From: Balanoglossus misakiensis | Taxonomy: Eukaryota > Animalia > Hemichordata | DNA length: 64,000 nucleotides | Direction of reading: 5' to 3' | Assembly: GCA_040954595.2 (NCBI GenBank) | Contig: CM082578.2 | Coordinates: 2,772,831 to 2,836,830, forward strand | In this document: one piece after another, positions 36,725-51,700 of the stretch | How the letters are laid out: each line of letters starts with the position of its first letter | How positions within the stretch are numbered: the first letter of the stretch is position 1 | The notes under the pieces: model-generated | Database searches by the model: none | The model's input: only the letters and a program-made list of their open reading frames with translations | Told to the model about the DNA's origin: nothing | Program-made: the position numbers and the translations under genes

Positions 36725-39700
36725 TTAAATAGTCGCTGGTCTAAATGAAGTCAGATGGTCACAGATACACACAGTGGAAGTTATATTTGATGCTGGAGAT
36801 ACCTAGAAATATACAGGAACAAAAGAAAACAATTAGTTATTTAAAGAATAACTTGACGTCAAATATGTTGGAATAATTACCATTTTCTTAGTGTGATTTT
36901 TGTACACATTACTCTAACCCAAGGCTTTTGAGACCATACTGAAACACGAACACATGAATATATGAATAAACTTTGCAAAAATACATATTAAATGCCACTC
37001 ATTACACCCAATTGTTAAAGTACCCCTCTCTTGCAGGCAATTAACCTTATGAAAATCGACAAAACAGGTGAAATTAGTTCCTTTTGTGGCCAGATCCAAA
37101 TTTTGTAGTGTTTGGAGTCTACCAGTCTGGCGCCCTCATGAGATGTTTGAGAGTAAATTTTAGTTACTAGGGAGTATTGATGGAAATGTTCAATTTCTGT
37201 AGTGTTTGGGTAACATTCATGTGTTTACAAATTCATATTTGTGTAAACGAAAATGTGTCCAGCGATACACATGAAGCATGAAGTGTTATTTAATGTAATT
37301 TCATTGGAGCGACGTCATGTGATGTATTGAGTTATCAGTGACCTAGGGGGTTGTTTAATATGATTTCGTGCGTTTCGACAGTAAAGTCTCGAAATCATTG
37401 TCTTGATGTCACGTACACAAGCAGTGTTTAATGCGTGTTCAAAGTGTTTGCTGTATTCTTATTGGATAGGAAAGTGTCAAATGTTGCATTGACCAATGAG
37501 GCATAGTGAGGAGAATGCCATGTGCGTGTTTAGGTATTTCTCAGCCTTTTCTAAGCCGATCTTCGAGCAGTGCAGTTATCGGACCTTGTTCATCAAAGTT
37601 ATTTTTCTCACTAGCATTAATTAGATATTTTCAGCAATGTTTTAGTGTGATTGTGCTTCTTATTTTATTGACATGTAATTCGTGGTTAAAAGGAAAAAAC
37701 ATTGTTTTTGTAGTATTTCCTAGCAATTGTAAAGGTTTCAGTAAGTAAACCTTGTTTACATTTTTAAAGTTTGTAAACACATGAATGTTACCCAAACACT
37801 ACAGAAATTGAACATTTCCATCAATACTCCCTAGTAACTAAAATTTATTTGGACTGAAGTACCCTTGAACTTTCCAAATCATGTGATTAAAATATCGTGA
37901 TGGCTCACGACCTCCTTGACCCCGTACCCGTTCGCTGAAAGTTGGCCCGTCGTAGCGTGATAAATCACCGTAATGACTGGTGCCGAGATGGGTCGTGAAT
38001 TGCAAGAAAATGACGCTAAAAATGGCGGATTTTTTCGTTATCCCAATAATTACTTCATAATACCTCAGAAAAGTTGATTTTTCTTTTTCTTTCGGGGTTT
38101 TTAACTGAGATAAACCACTTCTAAAAATGTGTTTACATGACAACGGCGAGGGTTGCGAACGCCATGTTTGCAGCGCCCGCGTGTTCGAAAGCGAGGCTCC
38201 GGTGATGATAAAATATGCAAATTCACTACCCAGTTTCTCGACTGTATACGCTTAAAGCTACTAGTATGTACTGCATGTACGGGGGGGGGGGGTGTTATTG
38301 ACAATGTTCACAGGGACACTGACATTGCAATTATAATTACTGTTAGTGCACTAAATTTTACTAAAAATTTTGCAAATAAATTGGTCAATTCATCTGCTTT
38401 GCCTTACAGCTTTGCAGAGCCTCGCAATTGAATTTTACTTACAATTCTGTTACTCGGTTTTCCTTGTAAATGTGTCCAGTTGGTGAAAATCTTTTCTGCT
38501 GGTGGTATGTCAAACTGATTAGCATCTCCGAACATAATGGTCACATCAGCAAGATTTTCAAGATAGTCACATTCTAACTGCAGTTTGATACTACGTGTAT
38601 CCAAGATAACTGGCCCACTGCCTGGTTTTGTGTTGCTTAGAACAAATTGTGAGAGTTCATCAGTTGTTTCCAGTATGGACTGCATCAACAGACCAATAGC
38701 ACTGGTTCGGTCATTGTTGTTGTTGGAGCCAGTTGGATATTCACTCGCTGACTCAGAAGACACAAGTGCTGTGATACCCGCATCCATAATCTGCAGCATA
38801 TCTGTCATGAATAAGAAAGTGCACAGCCTGATCAGACCCTACGCTATAGGCAAGAGGTGTATCAGCAGACATTGCTTTAGCTTTGAGTTAACACAGAGAT
38901 GGGTGCTTCTTAGGGGCACAAGCGCCTGAGTACTGGTGCACCTGCCCTTTGAATTTGTAATTAGGCACGTGACTTGGTGACTATAATCAAGCGAAATTTT
39001 CAAATTGACCTAATTTGCCCGTTAATGGGGGCATGTACATTCTTTTCGCGATTTTCGTAGACCATGTGGCCAAAATCCCCTGTGCCAAATTTCAAGGTTC
39101 TACGCCACGTCGATTCTGAGAAGAAGATTTTTATAATATTTTTCGCATTTTTTGGTGGGCTGAGGACGAACACTGGGGCATCGGACTTTGACCGTCATTA
39201 CGTAATGTTGGATTGCAGTAGTCCTTGGAAAATCGGCTGAAATACGTAAACAGACCAGTGATTATTGTCCACGGAATGAATTTTGGGACAACACATAATC
39301 GGAGTTCAGGCTGAGTTAGGGCGTTTTATTGAATTACGCTGAGTTTGTTAGCTGTTGCCGTTCAAATGTTTCTATCCAGACCCGGCTACGCTGGTTAACA
39401 TTGCGGCAGCGGACTTTGACCCTCACTCGCTAATGTAATTAGCATGGTAGTCACATGTAGTGGGTATTAGTTCGGGAAAGAACCAGTGATTTTCTTGCAC
39501 GAAGGGAGTATGGTACCAGCAATAATCAGAGATCAGGCTTCGTTGCCGTTCAAAAGTTGCTACTTTAGTCGTGACGTTGCAACTGGACATTCAGTATGGG
39601 GGTCGGCCCGCAGATGGCCGTGGGGGTTATCAGGTCGCCCGTAACGGCACGCAGCTACATGCAGCTGTATGGGACCAAAAAAATACGCCCGATTCGGGGG

Positions 39701-42700
39701 TCACCTGAGACACCTGCGTAACTCAATAATTATGTGCATGCGTAATTGTGGGGTCAATGAAAGGGATGCTAGCGTGGTATTCGTTGCACATGGATCAATA
39801 TGAAGTGCGATTTTCCCGTCAAGTTGTGGGAGACCTTATGTGACCTTTCACCTACTTTTGCTTAATGAGCATCCACAGCAGATGCATGCAGCTTTGGCTT
39901 GGGGGGGGGCATATACGGATGGGACCATAATGATATACCAAAGGCGGGGTCACCTGTTGCACCTGCCTAAGTCATTGATTTTGTACATTTAATTGGACAC
40001 TAACCAACAGGGCGATATGTGTGGTTTTTGTTCCACAGGGACGAATGTAAGTGTCAGTTGGTTTTTTGCCCAAATGTATAAGGTGATTTGGATGACCTCT
40101 GTCGTACAGTGCCATATCTCAGCACGTTGTACAGGTGCAGCTTTGGTATTTGGAGGGATGAAACTATCATGAAATGCCAAATACAGGGGGATACCTGTGA
40201 CACCTGCTTGATTCATGTATTACGTGCATGCCTAATGGTAAGCAAAGTGAAGGGGCTGCAAATGAAGGATTTGTTGCATAAACAGGAATGAAATTTTTTT
40301 GTAAAATTTTGGGGTGACCGCAGGTGTCCATTGACCTGCTTTCCATATGTTCGCATGTACAGCATATATAGCGAGGTGTTTGGAGGGGTACGGTAGGACC
40401 GTCATGAAATGCTAAATTTCTGGGGCCACCTTGCGTAACTTATTATTATGGCCATACCTAATTTGACAAACCCAAAGGGCGAGGATTGTCTGTTGTCTTG
40501 AATATGAACCAAATAGGAATCCAAATTATTGGCCCAATTTTTGGGTACCCTCACCTGACCTTTGAAGTACTTACTGAAGTACTTATACATAGCGTAGAAG
40601 TTCACTTTTGGTTGTTGTGTTTGTACTTGTAGGACATCCATTTCGGGTGGTTGCCTACTTCCCCATATCTCCACATCCAGAGCAAATACGGCCTACGCAT
40701 TTGAATGGTACAACCCTGAATGGAGTCTAATGGTTATTATCTCTATGCTTGGGCCCCTTCAATGCTGCTTGCAGCTTTAATTTAATTTCTTGTTTTCATA
40801 AAAATCATTACTTTAATTTTTGCATCTCAGCATTAAGACGGGGTTGGGACCATTTTGAATTTTAAAATTGGAACAATGTTGCTCTCTTATTCAAAAGATT
40901 GCTTGGTGACACTCAATTGTTATTCTCACCCACCTTTGGCTATAGCTTTGCTTTCTTCTGTTGTGATATTTACACCATCAAGATTTGATATGTAACTGGA
41001 CAACTGAATAAAACTGTTAGCCATCTGTCATAACACATAAGATAGAGACATGTGACAGAAGAAATAATGTATTAATGACCATCACATATCCCTTGCACTT
41101 TCCAAGGACCCCCTTTGTCTATTTGAAATACATTTTCATAATGGTATCATGGCTGAATCCCTATTTAATCATTACAGACATTGTTGACTGCTTGTTATAC
41201 TTACGTCTGTTATGGATATATTCGTGAAGTTGGTAATAATAGGTCTGACTAGAGCTGGTCAGTTGGCAAGATACCAGACAACGGTGTGAATAAAAAGAAA
41301 AGAAAAAGTATTCACTGTTATTTTCTCAACATAGTTATAAGAGCTTTTCTGAACTCTTGTGAGACCTTGCATGGCTAGGCCATTCATATGGGAGGACGTT
41401 TTCAAATGAAAATGGAAAATCAATATATGGTCAATTGTGCAAAATGGCAAAAGGTTATCAGTCACAGATTGGTAGCCATTTTTTTTAATTTCAAGTATGA
41501 GATAACATGGCTCTCGTATTTAAAATCTTGCAAGGTGACCCCTTTAGTTTTATACTCAATTTTGATGAAGAATAATGTAAAGTTGGCGTGTTAAGAGAGA
41601 TTTTCAAGGCTCATACTACCTAAGCAAGACTACCAACAATCAAACTTACCATTCACTTTGACAATAAATGAGCATGACACTTTATTCCCCGATGGATCAA
41701 CGGCTTCATACGTCACGACAGTGTCACCCAAAGAAAAGTTGCTTCCCTGTTGATGGCTACCGGACACACTAACATCTCCAGAATTATCAGTGGCATTTAC
41801 ATGAGGCCATCTTACTTGGACAATAGGATCATCAAGGTATGCAGATTTGTCGGTGACTTCAGGACAGTTGATAATAGGGTTTTCATTGTCTGAAAAAAAA
41901 AATTGTAAGAAAATTAATTGGATTACATAAATTCCAATCAAAGTATCTTTTAATTCAACAGAACTGAAAGAATATTGTATTTTGAAAGAATAGTGTGTGT
42001 TTTGACATATTTCAACTATTGATATACAGCATGTATTGGGCCTGATATAAAATAAACATGACGCACTATTTCCTGACAGATCTAGATGCATTAATCCTTA
42101 ACCGTATTGACGATTAAACTTTTTGATTTAGTGAACATTTAATTCATGAGTAGGATATTTACCTGTTACTGTCACATAAAATGAACATGAAGCACTATTT
42201 CCTGAAGGGTCAAGAGCCTTATAAAACACAACCGTCACACCAATGTTAAAATTACTTCCAGGTTCATGGCTTGCAGATATAGAAACATTCTGAGAATTAT
42301 CAGATACATGTGGGGGTCGCCAGGTGACGACTGCAGTGGAATCCTTAAGGGTTGTTGTGGCCTCTATGCCTTCTGGACAGGATATGGTAGGATCTTCCAT
42401 GCCTGGAAAAGAGGGTCTGGTTAGAAAAAATATACACTAATACATTTCCTTGTCATATACTGTGACTTGGCTCAATCTTATCATTCAAACATGGACGGGG
42501 AGTTTCACTAGATATTCCTTCCAGGGTGCATATCAATAATTGAATGTTGAAACCAATTACAAAATAGCATCAAGGACACTGTGGTCCATTTTAGGGATTA
42601 CACATGAAGAAGTCTACAGCGGATTACATATACAGACAGACAGACACACACGCAAACACTGACTGACCCATAAGCTGTCGATGGCATGTGTTTAACACAT

Positions 42701-45700
42701 ATTCAGTTATGTAAACATGCAGCAATTTGCTGTGTGTAAAAACCCCATAAGGGTTTCTCTCTAAATACAAAGAACTATGTACTGGTAATTTGAGGAAAGT
42801 TTGAGAAGTCCATTCTATGTAAAAAATGATCCTGATTCCAAAAAAAGTCAGTCTTATTGACCCCACTCAAGACGAAATTGCCATTTTGGCCATTTTTAAC
42901 CCCCAAAAAGGTCATCTTTAGAAAACACAAAAACCACACTGATTTCGTCACACTCTGAGATTTGATGACATATGATATGTTTATTCTATGTAAAATTTGG
43001 TGAATAATACGAAAAAAGCTGTCAGATTGACCCAAAACAACACAAAATTGCCTTTTTGACAATTTTTTGCCCCCAAAAAATTAAAACACATGGTTTTCTT
43101 CATAATGATTTATCTGGTGATATATGGAAAGTCAATTATATGTTAAAAGTGGTGACTTTAAAAAGTAAAGCGGTTTTTTTGACCTCAATCAATACAAAAA
43201 TGCCATTTTTGGCCACTTTTTGAGGTCAAAAAAGGTCATTTTTACAAAAAAACTACAAACTAATTGTTTTCTTCATATTCAGACATCATTTGATATGAAA
43301 TGTTCATTCTATGTAAAAAATGGTGCTAGAAAACACTCAAAACTTACATATTTTCTTCACTTTCGAAGATCTGATAATGTATTATATGCCCACACTTTGT
43401 GTGAACAATTTCCAAAAAAGCAGTTTTATTGATGCCACTCAAGATAAAAGCGCCTTTTTGGCCCAAAAAGCCACTTTTCGAAAATCATTAAAAACAAACT
43501 GTTTTCTTCTTCTTCGGAGATTGTATGATATGTGAAAAGTACATTTTATGTAAAATGGGTGTTGTTTCCAGAAATGCAGTCTTATTGACTTCAACCATGA
43601 TGAAATCGCCTTTTTGGCTAAGTTTTGCACAAAATTGTTATTTTTAAGAATATATTAATAGCATTCTCTTTTCTTCATTTTCGGTGATCTTATTATAAAA
43701 AAGCCCATTCTATATTGAAACAGGCTTACTGTTCCAAAAACGGAAGGCTTACTTACCCTATTCAATAGAACATTTTAATTTTGGCCACTTTTTTGTCTAA
43801 AATGTTCATTAAAAACAAACATACTAAAGACAAATTGTTTTCTTCATATTCAGAGATCTAATCATGTATGAAAAGTCCATTCTGTGTAAAATTATAGCAA
43901 TAATGGACGACGCCCTGACCATTAACGTTTGTTTATGGGCAAGGGCGAAGGGAAAGCCAAAAAATTCATGGGCGAGGCTTCTGCTTCTGAGTTTGTATTT
44001 GGAGTTTTTGCAAAATTAGCCCAAGTTGAACTCATAATGATCAAACCTTCCTTACCAAAAATTCTGATTAACGGCACCTATCTCCTAGGGTATATTTCCC
44101 TTTACCCATTACCTCGCGTTTATGTAATATGGGTGGGTAGCAGCTTAGGCTGTCATGGGGATCAAACTATTTCATAAGAAAGGCAATTAACAAAGTGGGC
44201 AATTAACTGTGGGCATAGTATAAGATAAAATTGAGAAAGATGGGTTGGGTTTTCTTAACAGGTTCGAGCAATGAAAACAAATCAAATGGCTCTCTGACAT
44301 CCACGATAAACATGCAACACTGAATGAAATTCATCTCAGGATGTGGAAGAAGGACAGACCCAAATTTGTACGCCCCACTGGAACATGGCCATGGGGACAA
44401 ACAAAACTACTGCAGTTACCTCACAACCATCAGTGACCCAAGTGCCACTTCGTTCTTGTAAGTAACCACATCTCACTTGCTTCACAAACATTGCGAAGTT
44501 GACCTTCCTTTCTGCATCAGGAAGAGAAAAATATATAGTAGTTAACTCTTCAAGGACAATTGCAAAAACTTTTCTTTTCGATCCTTATCAAAACACACTT
44601 TGTACAATTACAAAAATAGGAATACTGTAGGAGGACCATACAGTCATAGAGATACTTGTCAAAATAAGAATGATGGACGTTTTTTCTATGTATAGTGTCA
44701 CACGACCGTGTGGTGTTCATGTTGTTCCTAACTTACCATCCGGCACAGAAAATGTCAAAAAGTACTCTCCAGTCTTCATGAAGTAATTTTCTGGAATGAA
44801 TATATTTGAATGATTTCCAGTAAAATTGATGTCCACAGAAAACATGTAACCTCTGTATTTGTCAGAATATTGGATTTCCTCGCCGAAGACGTAGACTGTA
44901 GAGTTCCCATCCATGCTTTGAGAGTTTTCAAGCCAGATAATAACTGCATGGAACAGCCGCGGTATCTGAAGAAAAAGGGAAAGATTACTACTGCATACAA
45001 AATATGCATTCCTACAATAACATATTTCTGTTGTTTACTGCAACAGGTGTCTCGCTGTTTTTACTATTGCAGCCCTGAGAGGAATATCAGAGTCATACAT
45101 GACAAACCTCTAAATCATTTATGATGGACATTTAAAGTATATATGATCCTGTATGCAAACTTCAGTTATCATGGAAAGTCGAGATCTAGTTACCAACACC
45201 AGAGAAAATACATGCCACTAAGCCATACATGGGTTTATGTAAATTATAGTTGATGATACCTTAATTTACATGTTTTGTCATCACAACTGCTAGTTCAAAT
45301 CATGATTTTAAGAATTAGTGTTACTTATGTGTAGTTACCTTGAAATTTGAGCTGAAGTATGTGACGTCTTCATTTTCAAGATACACGCCCTCTATCAATT
45401 CAGCGGTGTCAGGTGAGGGAGGGTCTTTCAAAAATGTTATGTTCACATACTCAGATATGTTCTTCACTGCATATGAACAATACAAAGATATGTCAAAAAT
45501 GTGTCTCAATGAATTATGTAAATGCTTCACTTTTGGTGACAACATGATTGACACTTACATTGGACCTATCCTGGTATTTCCAGGCGGGGTATAAGAGCCA
45601 ATGCTACAATAGCCCATACCCGAGCCTTTCGTGTAGCAGGCAGCAGTTTAAATGGGACAGGAAACCAGACGAATGCAACCGCTGTCTGGGACTGCTTAAT

Positions 45701-48700
45701 GGAAAGACTGGTTTAAAGGAACAGAGTCTCTCTCTCGCTGCCCTTTTTCCATTAATTAAGTTTAATACAAGACACCCTTTATCATTATGTTATTCTACAT
45801 ATGGATATATAGTGAATCAACATTCGATCACACACAAGTTCCCACCCACTTGTAAACACGAGAGTGGAAAACTCGCGAAAATGGATAATCAATCTCTACC
45901 ATTTATTCATTTGGCGAGATTTTTACTCTCATATCCTACATAGAACATGAGCCAGTATAGGTTTACCTCCCCCCTGGGGGAATTTTTGAGACAATGTGTT
46001 TCTGAAAGCCTATCATATACTGAGTAAAATTCACTTTGTTTGCCATATGGGCACCGGGGCGTTTTCGAGTTATTGGCTTCTAAATTATATTGGGTAACGT
46101 ATGTAGGAAAGCCTAAAAGTGCATATAAATTAACGTAGGGGGATAAATTAGTCTTGTAAAATACTGTCTCTCTGAATGTAAACCTAGAACAACAGGGAAG
46201 TATTTGGTATCAAAAGAAAGCTTAATAAACAAGCTTTCCATTAATTACAAAATAAAAGTGATATGACAAATCATGACATCATAGTGACGTCATAAGTCAA
46301 AATACCATTACGAAAATGGTGTTCTGTTCACCTATAAATGTGTGGTTTTGCAAAACATGTCTCTGTGCAATTGTACTGATGAAAACTGTGATGTGTTTGG
46401 TATCAACAGAAAGCTGATTGAGTAAAGTATCTAATTATTGCAAAAAATTGATATGATAATCAATTACGTCATCATTACGTCATACTTCCAAGTACCCTTA
46501 CCAACAAGTGACTATGATGACAAGTTATTACCCTAGGAGATAGGTGCCTTTAAACAAAAATTTTGGTAAGGAAGGTTTGTGAAGTCCATTCTATGTAAAA
46601 AAAATGGTGCTGATTCCGAAAAAGTCAGTCTTATTGACCCCACCCAAGACAAAATTGCCATTTTGCCACTTTTTAACCCAAAAAAGGTCATTTTTTTGAA
46701 AACACTAAAAACACACTGTTTTCGTCACATTCGAAGATCTGATGACATATGATATGCCTATGTAAAATTTGGTTGATATTACGAAAAAAGCAGTCTGACT
46801 GACCCCAAACGAGACAAAATTACCTTTTTGACCATTTTTTGCCCAAAAACGTCATTTTTAGACAGAACTTAAATCACACTCTTCTCTTCATGTTGATTGA
46901 TTTAATGATATATGGAAAGTCAATTCTATGTGTAAAATGGTGACTATAAAACATAAAGCAGTCTTTTTGACCCCCACTCAAGGCAAATGTGCCATTTTTG
47001 CCACTTTTTGCCCCAAAAATGTCATGTTTAGAAAACACTCAAAACATATATTTTCTTCACTTTCGGAGATCTGATAGTGTATTATATACCGACCCTGTGT
47101 ACAATTTAGTAGGTATTCAAAAAAGTGGGTTTATTGGCGCCACTCAAGATTAAAGTGCGTTTTTTGGCAAGTTTTTGCCCAAAAAGGCCATTTTAAGAAA
47201 ACAATTAAAAGCAAACGTTTTTCTTTATATTTGGAAATTTGATCATGTATGAAAAGTCCATTTATGGAAAAAATGGTGTTGACTCTAAAAAAAGCAATCT
47301 TATTGATCTCAATGAAGATGAAAATACTTTTTGCCCAAAAAGGGTCATTTTTAGAAAATACTAAAAACATGCTATTTTCTTCCCTGTGGTGATCTAATAA
47401 TAGATAAAAGTCCAAAAGTAGTGATTTTTACAAAAAAGCACTTTTACTGACTCCACAGAGGGAAAAAATGCCATTTTGTCCACTTTGCTCAAAAAAGGTA
47501 ACTGTTTGAAACTTCTTTCTTTATCGTCAGAGATCTTACGATGTACGGAGAAGGTCCATTTTTGTTGAAAGGGAGCCGATTCCAAAAAAAAATCTTTTCA
47601 GCCCTACAAAATTGTCATTTTGGCCATTTTTTGGTCAAAAAGGTCATTTCAAGAAAAAATGAAAACAAGCTGTTTTCTTCGTATTTAAATGTTTGATGAT
47701 GAATGGAAAGTCCATTTTTTGCAAAAAATATGCTGATACCAACACAACAGTCTTATTAAGACACCCCACTCAATACAAAATTGCCACTAAGCCTTTTTCA
47801 AAAAAAAAAATAATTGGTGTTTTTTGCCTTTTAATTTTTGATGTTATATTTGCATATTTAAAATGTCATACCATATGATATCAGTAGAGTTGATGATATT
47901 GAAAGGCAGAGTTGCCATATTTAGCCTAAAATGGAACTCAACAATAAAACGAGACGATCCATGTATTCACACTGTATACTATAAGTCGGTTATACATGGT
48001 ATAAATTTTTTTATGTACATCTATACCAGCTCCGGATGGATTGTTGACATTTATCCTCTTCGTTGTGAATACAAAATCAGAAATTATATTATATCATGAT
48101 ACCTCCGTCATTTTGATTGGACAGGAGTGCAATCCCACGATGCTAAATACTCAATAGAGCTAAAACTGGCCCCTGAACTAGCACACAACAGGGAAAATGT
48201 GGGTTTAAACCTAATAAATATAATAAAAACTCTTAAATTCCTTGACGTTTCAATTTGGAGATGCTCTAAGTGAATATTTGGGACTTTGCCATGTGCAGTG
48301 CCTGTCTTCTTGTCGCCTGTATCATGTTTGGTCCTGGGTGACGTGTTTAGATTCATCGATGCGACTTTGGTTCAATTCGTATAACTTCTTTTACTCTCGA
48401 CGCTGTTTCATCATCATTATGAGTTCAATTTGGGCTATCTCCAAATGCAAACATTTGTTTCTCTAGAAAATGTTTAAAATGATAAATTTGTCTTAAGTAG
48501 GTCTTTTTTAGGCAATAAATTGCCAAAAACGCAATTTTGACTAGAATGGGGTCAATCAGACTTTTTTTATTTTTACATAGAATGGACTTTTTATATAATC
48601 AGATCTCTGAATATGAAGAAAGCAATTTGTCTTTAGTTTAGAAGAAAATGGAATTTTTTTAGTATTTTCTAAAATGGCCTTTTTGGGCAAAAACTTGCCA

Positions 48701-51700
48701 AAAAATGCACTTTAATCTTGAGTGGCGCCAATAAACCTACTTTTTTTGAATACCTACCAAATTTTACACAGGGTGGGTATATAATACATTATCAGATCTC
48801 CGAAAGTGAAATATATAAGTTTTGAGTGTTTTCTAAAAATGACATTTTTGGGGCAAAAAGTGGCAAAAATGGCACATTTGCCTTGAGTGGGGGTGATTAA
48901 GGCTTCTATTTCTGGAATCAGAACTATTTTACATAGCATAAACTTTTCATATATCACATGATCTCTGAATATGAAGAAAACAGTTTGTTTTTAGTTTTTT
49001 TGTAAAAATGACCTTTTTTGACCTAAAAAATGTGGCCAAAAATGGCATTTTTGTATTGATTGGGGTCAAAAAGACTGTTTTATGTTTTATAGTCACCATT
49101 TTACACATAGAATTGACTTTCCATATATCATTAAATCAATCAATATGAAGAGAAGAGTGTGTTTTAAGTTCTGTCTAAAAATGACGTTTTTGGGCAAAAA
49201 ATTGTCAAAAAGGCAATTTTGTCTCGTTTGGGGTCAGTCAGACTGCTTTTTTCGTAATATCAACTGAGTTTTACATAGAATAGGCATATTATATGTCATC
49301 AGATCTTCGAATGTGACGAAAACAGTGTGTTTTTAGTGTTTTCTAAAAATGACCTTTTTGGGGTAAAAGTGGCAAAATGGCAATTTTGTCTTGGGTGGGG
49401 TCAATAAGACTGACTTTTTCGGAATCAGCACCATTTTTTACATAGAATGGACTTCACAAACCTTCCTTACTAAAATTTTTGTTTAAAGGCACCTATCTCC
49501 TAGGGTAATAACTTGTCATCATAGTCACTAGTTGGTAAGGGTACTTGGAAGTATGACGTAATGATAACGTAATTGTTTATCATATCAATGTTTTGCAATA
49601 ATTAGATACTTTTCTCAATCAGCTTTCTGTTGATACCAAACACATCACAGTTTTCATCAGTACAATTGCACAGAGACATGTTTTGCAAAACCACACATTT
49701 ATAGGTGAACAGAACACCATTTTCGTAAGGGTATTTTGACTTATGACGTCACTATGATGTCATGATTTGTCATATCACTTTTATTTTGTAATTAATGGAA
49801 AGCTTGTTTATTAAGCTTTCTTTTGATACCAAATACTTCCCTGTTGTTCTAGGTATACATTCAGAGAGACAGTATTTTACAAGACTAGTTTATCCCCCTA
49901 CGTCAATTTATATGCACTTTTAGGCTTTCCTACATACGTTACCCAATATAATTTAGAAGCCAATAACTCGAAAACGCCCCGGTGCCCAGATGGCAAACAA
50001 AGTGAATTTTACTCAGTATATGATAGGCTTTCAGAAAAACATTGTCTCAAAAATTTCCCCAGGGGGGGGGGGGTAAACCTATTCTGGCTCATGGTCTATG
50101 TAGGATATGAGAGTAAAAATCTCGCCAAAATGAATAAGTGGTAGAGATTGATTATCCATTTTCGCGAGTTTTCCACTCGTGTTTACAAGTGGGTTGGAAC
50201 TTCTGTGTGATCGAATGTTGATTCACTATATATCCATGTGTAGAATAACATAAAAGGTATCTTGTATCAAACATAATTAATGGGAAAAGGGCAGCAAGAT
50301 AGACTTTGTCCCATTAATGGAAAGACTGGCCTAAAGCAGCATGATTCGTATTGTATCAATGATGGAGACATTTCCATGTGGTTAACACCTACCCAAGGAT
50401 TACATGTTTAACTGCATCACAGAACCCATAGCAGATTCCATTGTTACCAATTGTGTGAATAATTCCTTCCATTTCCGTAATTACCAATTTCATCTATTCT
50501 ACATGTTGTTCATATCCTGCTATATTGGTTGACCAGATGTGCCAAAATATTTGTTCACATACCTTCATATTCATTGCCTTCTCTGTCTGTGTATGACAAA
50601 CTCAAGATGTCATTTCCTGTCAGGCTATTAGCCATACCAAATGGCATTCCCTTCAGACATTTAGCCTGTCAATAGAAAGAGATACGTGTGAGAGAGTGCA
50701 GAAATATATGCATGTACCACGGAATTCAAAATACCAGCAACAAACGCCAAATTAGCAAGACCGTATTTCTTTGATTCCGCCGACACGTTTTCTCTAAAAT
50801 TTTAACAACGTCACAATTTAGTAGACAAAGAGGCGCCCCCCCCCCATCCCAATTGCGCTGTTGAAGTACGTGCGTGTTGAGAGAGAGACGTGAACAGAAA
50901 GGGGTAGGAGACTCGACTCGAACACGGACGACGAGAGTTGTGTAGCGTGTTGAATGCTGCTCTACGAAGCTCTCGTTGTTACCTTCTGACCGGGACATTA
51001 GCACTTGAAAGGACTGGGTTCCTCCCGATGGGTTCTTGCTGATTGCCGCACGCCGGCGGGTATGAAAGTGTGGGACGTCGATCCACCGGCCGGCTGCACC
51101 GCTCCCAACATGACCAGCTCCACGCCACTTTGAGCTGCACCGCAGTCGGATATCCCATCCCAGCTTCCGGACAGCATATGAAGGTGTCTGAGGCCTTTTC
51201 TAGTCAAAGTGTACACGTTTAAAACTTTGGGGTTTTCGGAATGGAAATAGCAGAACAAGAACATGGATATATGTATTAATCATGAACGCCAAACAAGTCC
51301 ACCGCTGGGTGCGATGACGCGTCAACGTTAGTATTTTGCTGCCACAAACAACAAGTTCATGCGTAGGTCGAGAAAGCGACCGGGTGATCGTTGCAAGGTT
51401 AGTGGCGGCCTCGCACGCCCGAATTTGCCACAGCACTATCAGTCGGCACAGCATGCGGTTCAAACTCTTCCGTCGTATTTATTTCAACACAAATTTAGAA
51501 TACAACACGGCAGTTTGGTACGTCGTCTCTATCCTACACTGCTAATTCTCATCTCAATCTCTAAAAAAGTTCAACAGACGGGATACACTGCAGCCCGCGG
51601 CACTAGGAAAGGCAAAATTCACGTCTCTGCTTCACAGGAATCTATTGACCTGAAGTGGGAGGAACCCAGTCCGTTCAAGTACAAATGTCCCGGTAAGAAG

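Larger units (their letters stand above)
37846..50546. repeat. Segmental tandem duplication, unit 1
   Basis: 37846-42791 = 53429-58377; 42793-45036 = 59747-61990; 48537-50546 = 61991-64000; only scattered SNPs and homopolymer differences seen. Confidence 0.95.

Noticed and set aside
38915-40785. GC-richer intronic block (also ~54500-56370) as a gene or ncRNA
   Set aside because: No coherent ORF or RNA fold seen; probably an unclassified dispersed repeat whose boundaries I cannot support.
42046-42085. Third HYR exon
   Set aside because: Only a ~40-bp decayed duplicate of the end of the neighbouring HYR exon, without splice sites.
50563-50665. Discoidin/FA58C start (C..PFGM)
   Set aside because: Fits better, and in phase, as the PF...LSLS...G...V.N segment of a PKD1L-type GAIN domain.
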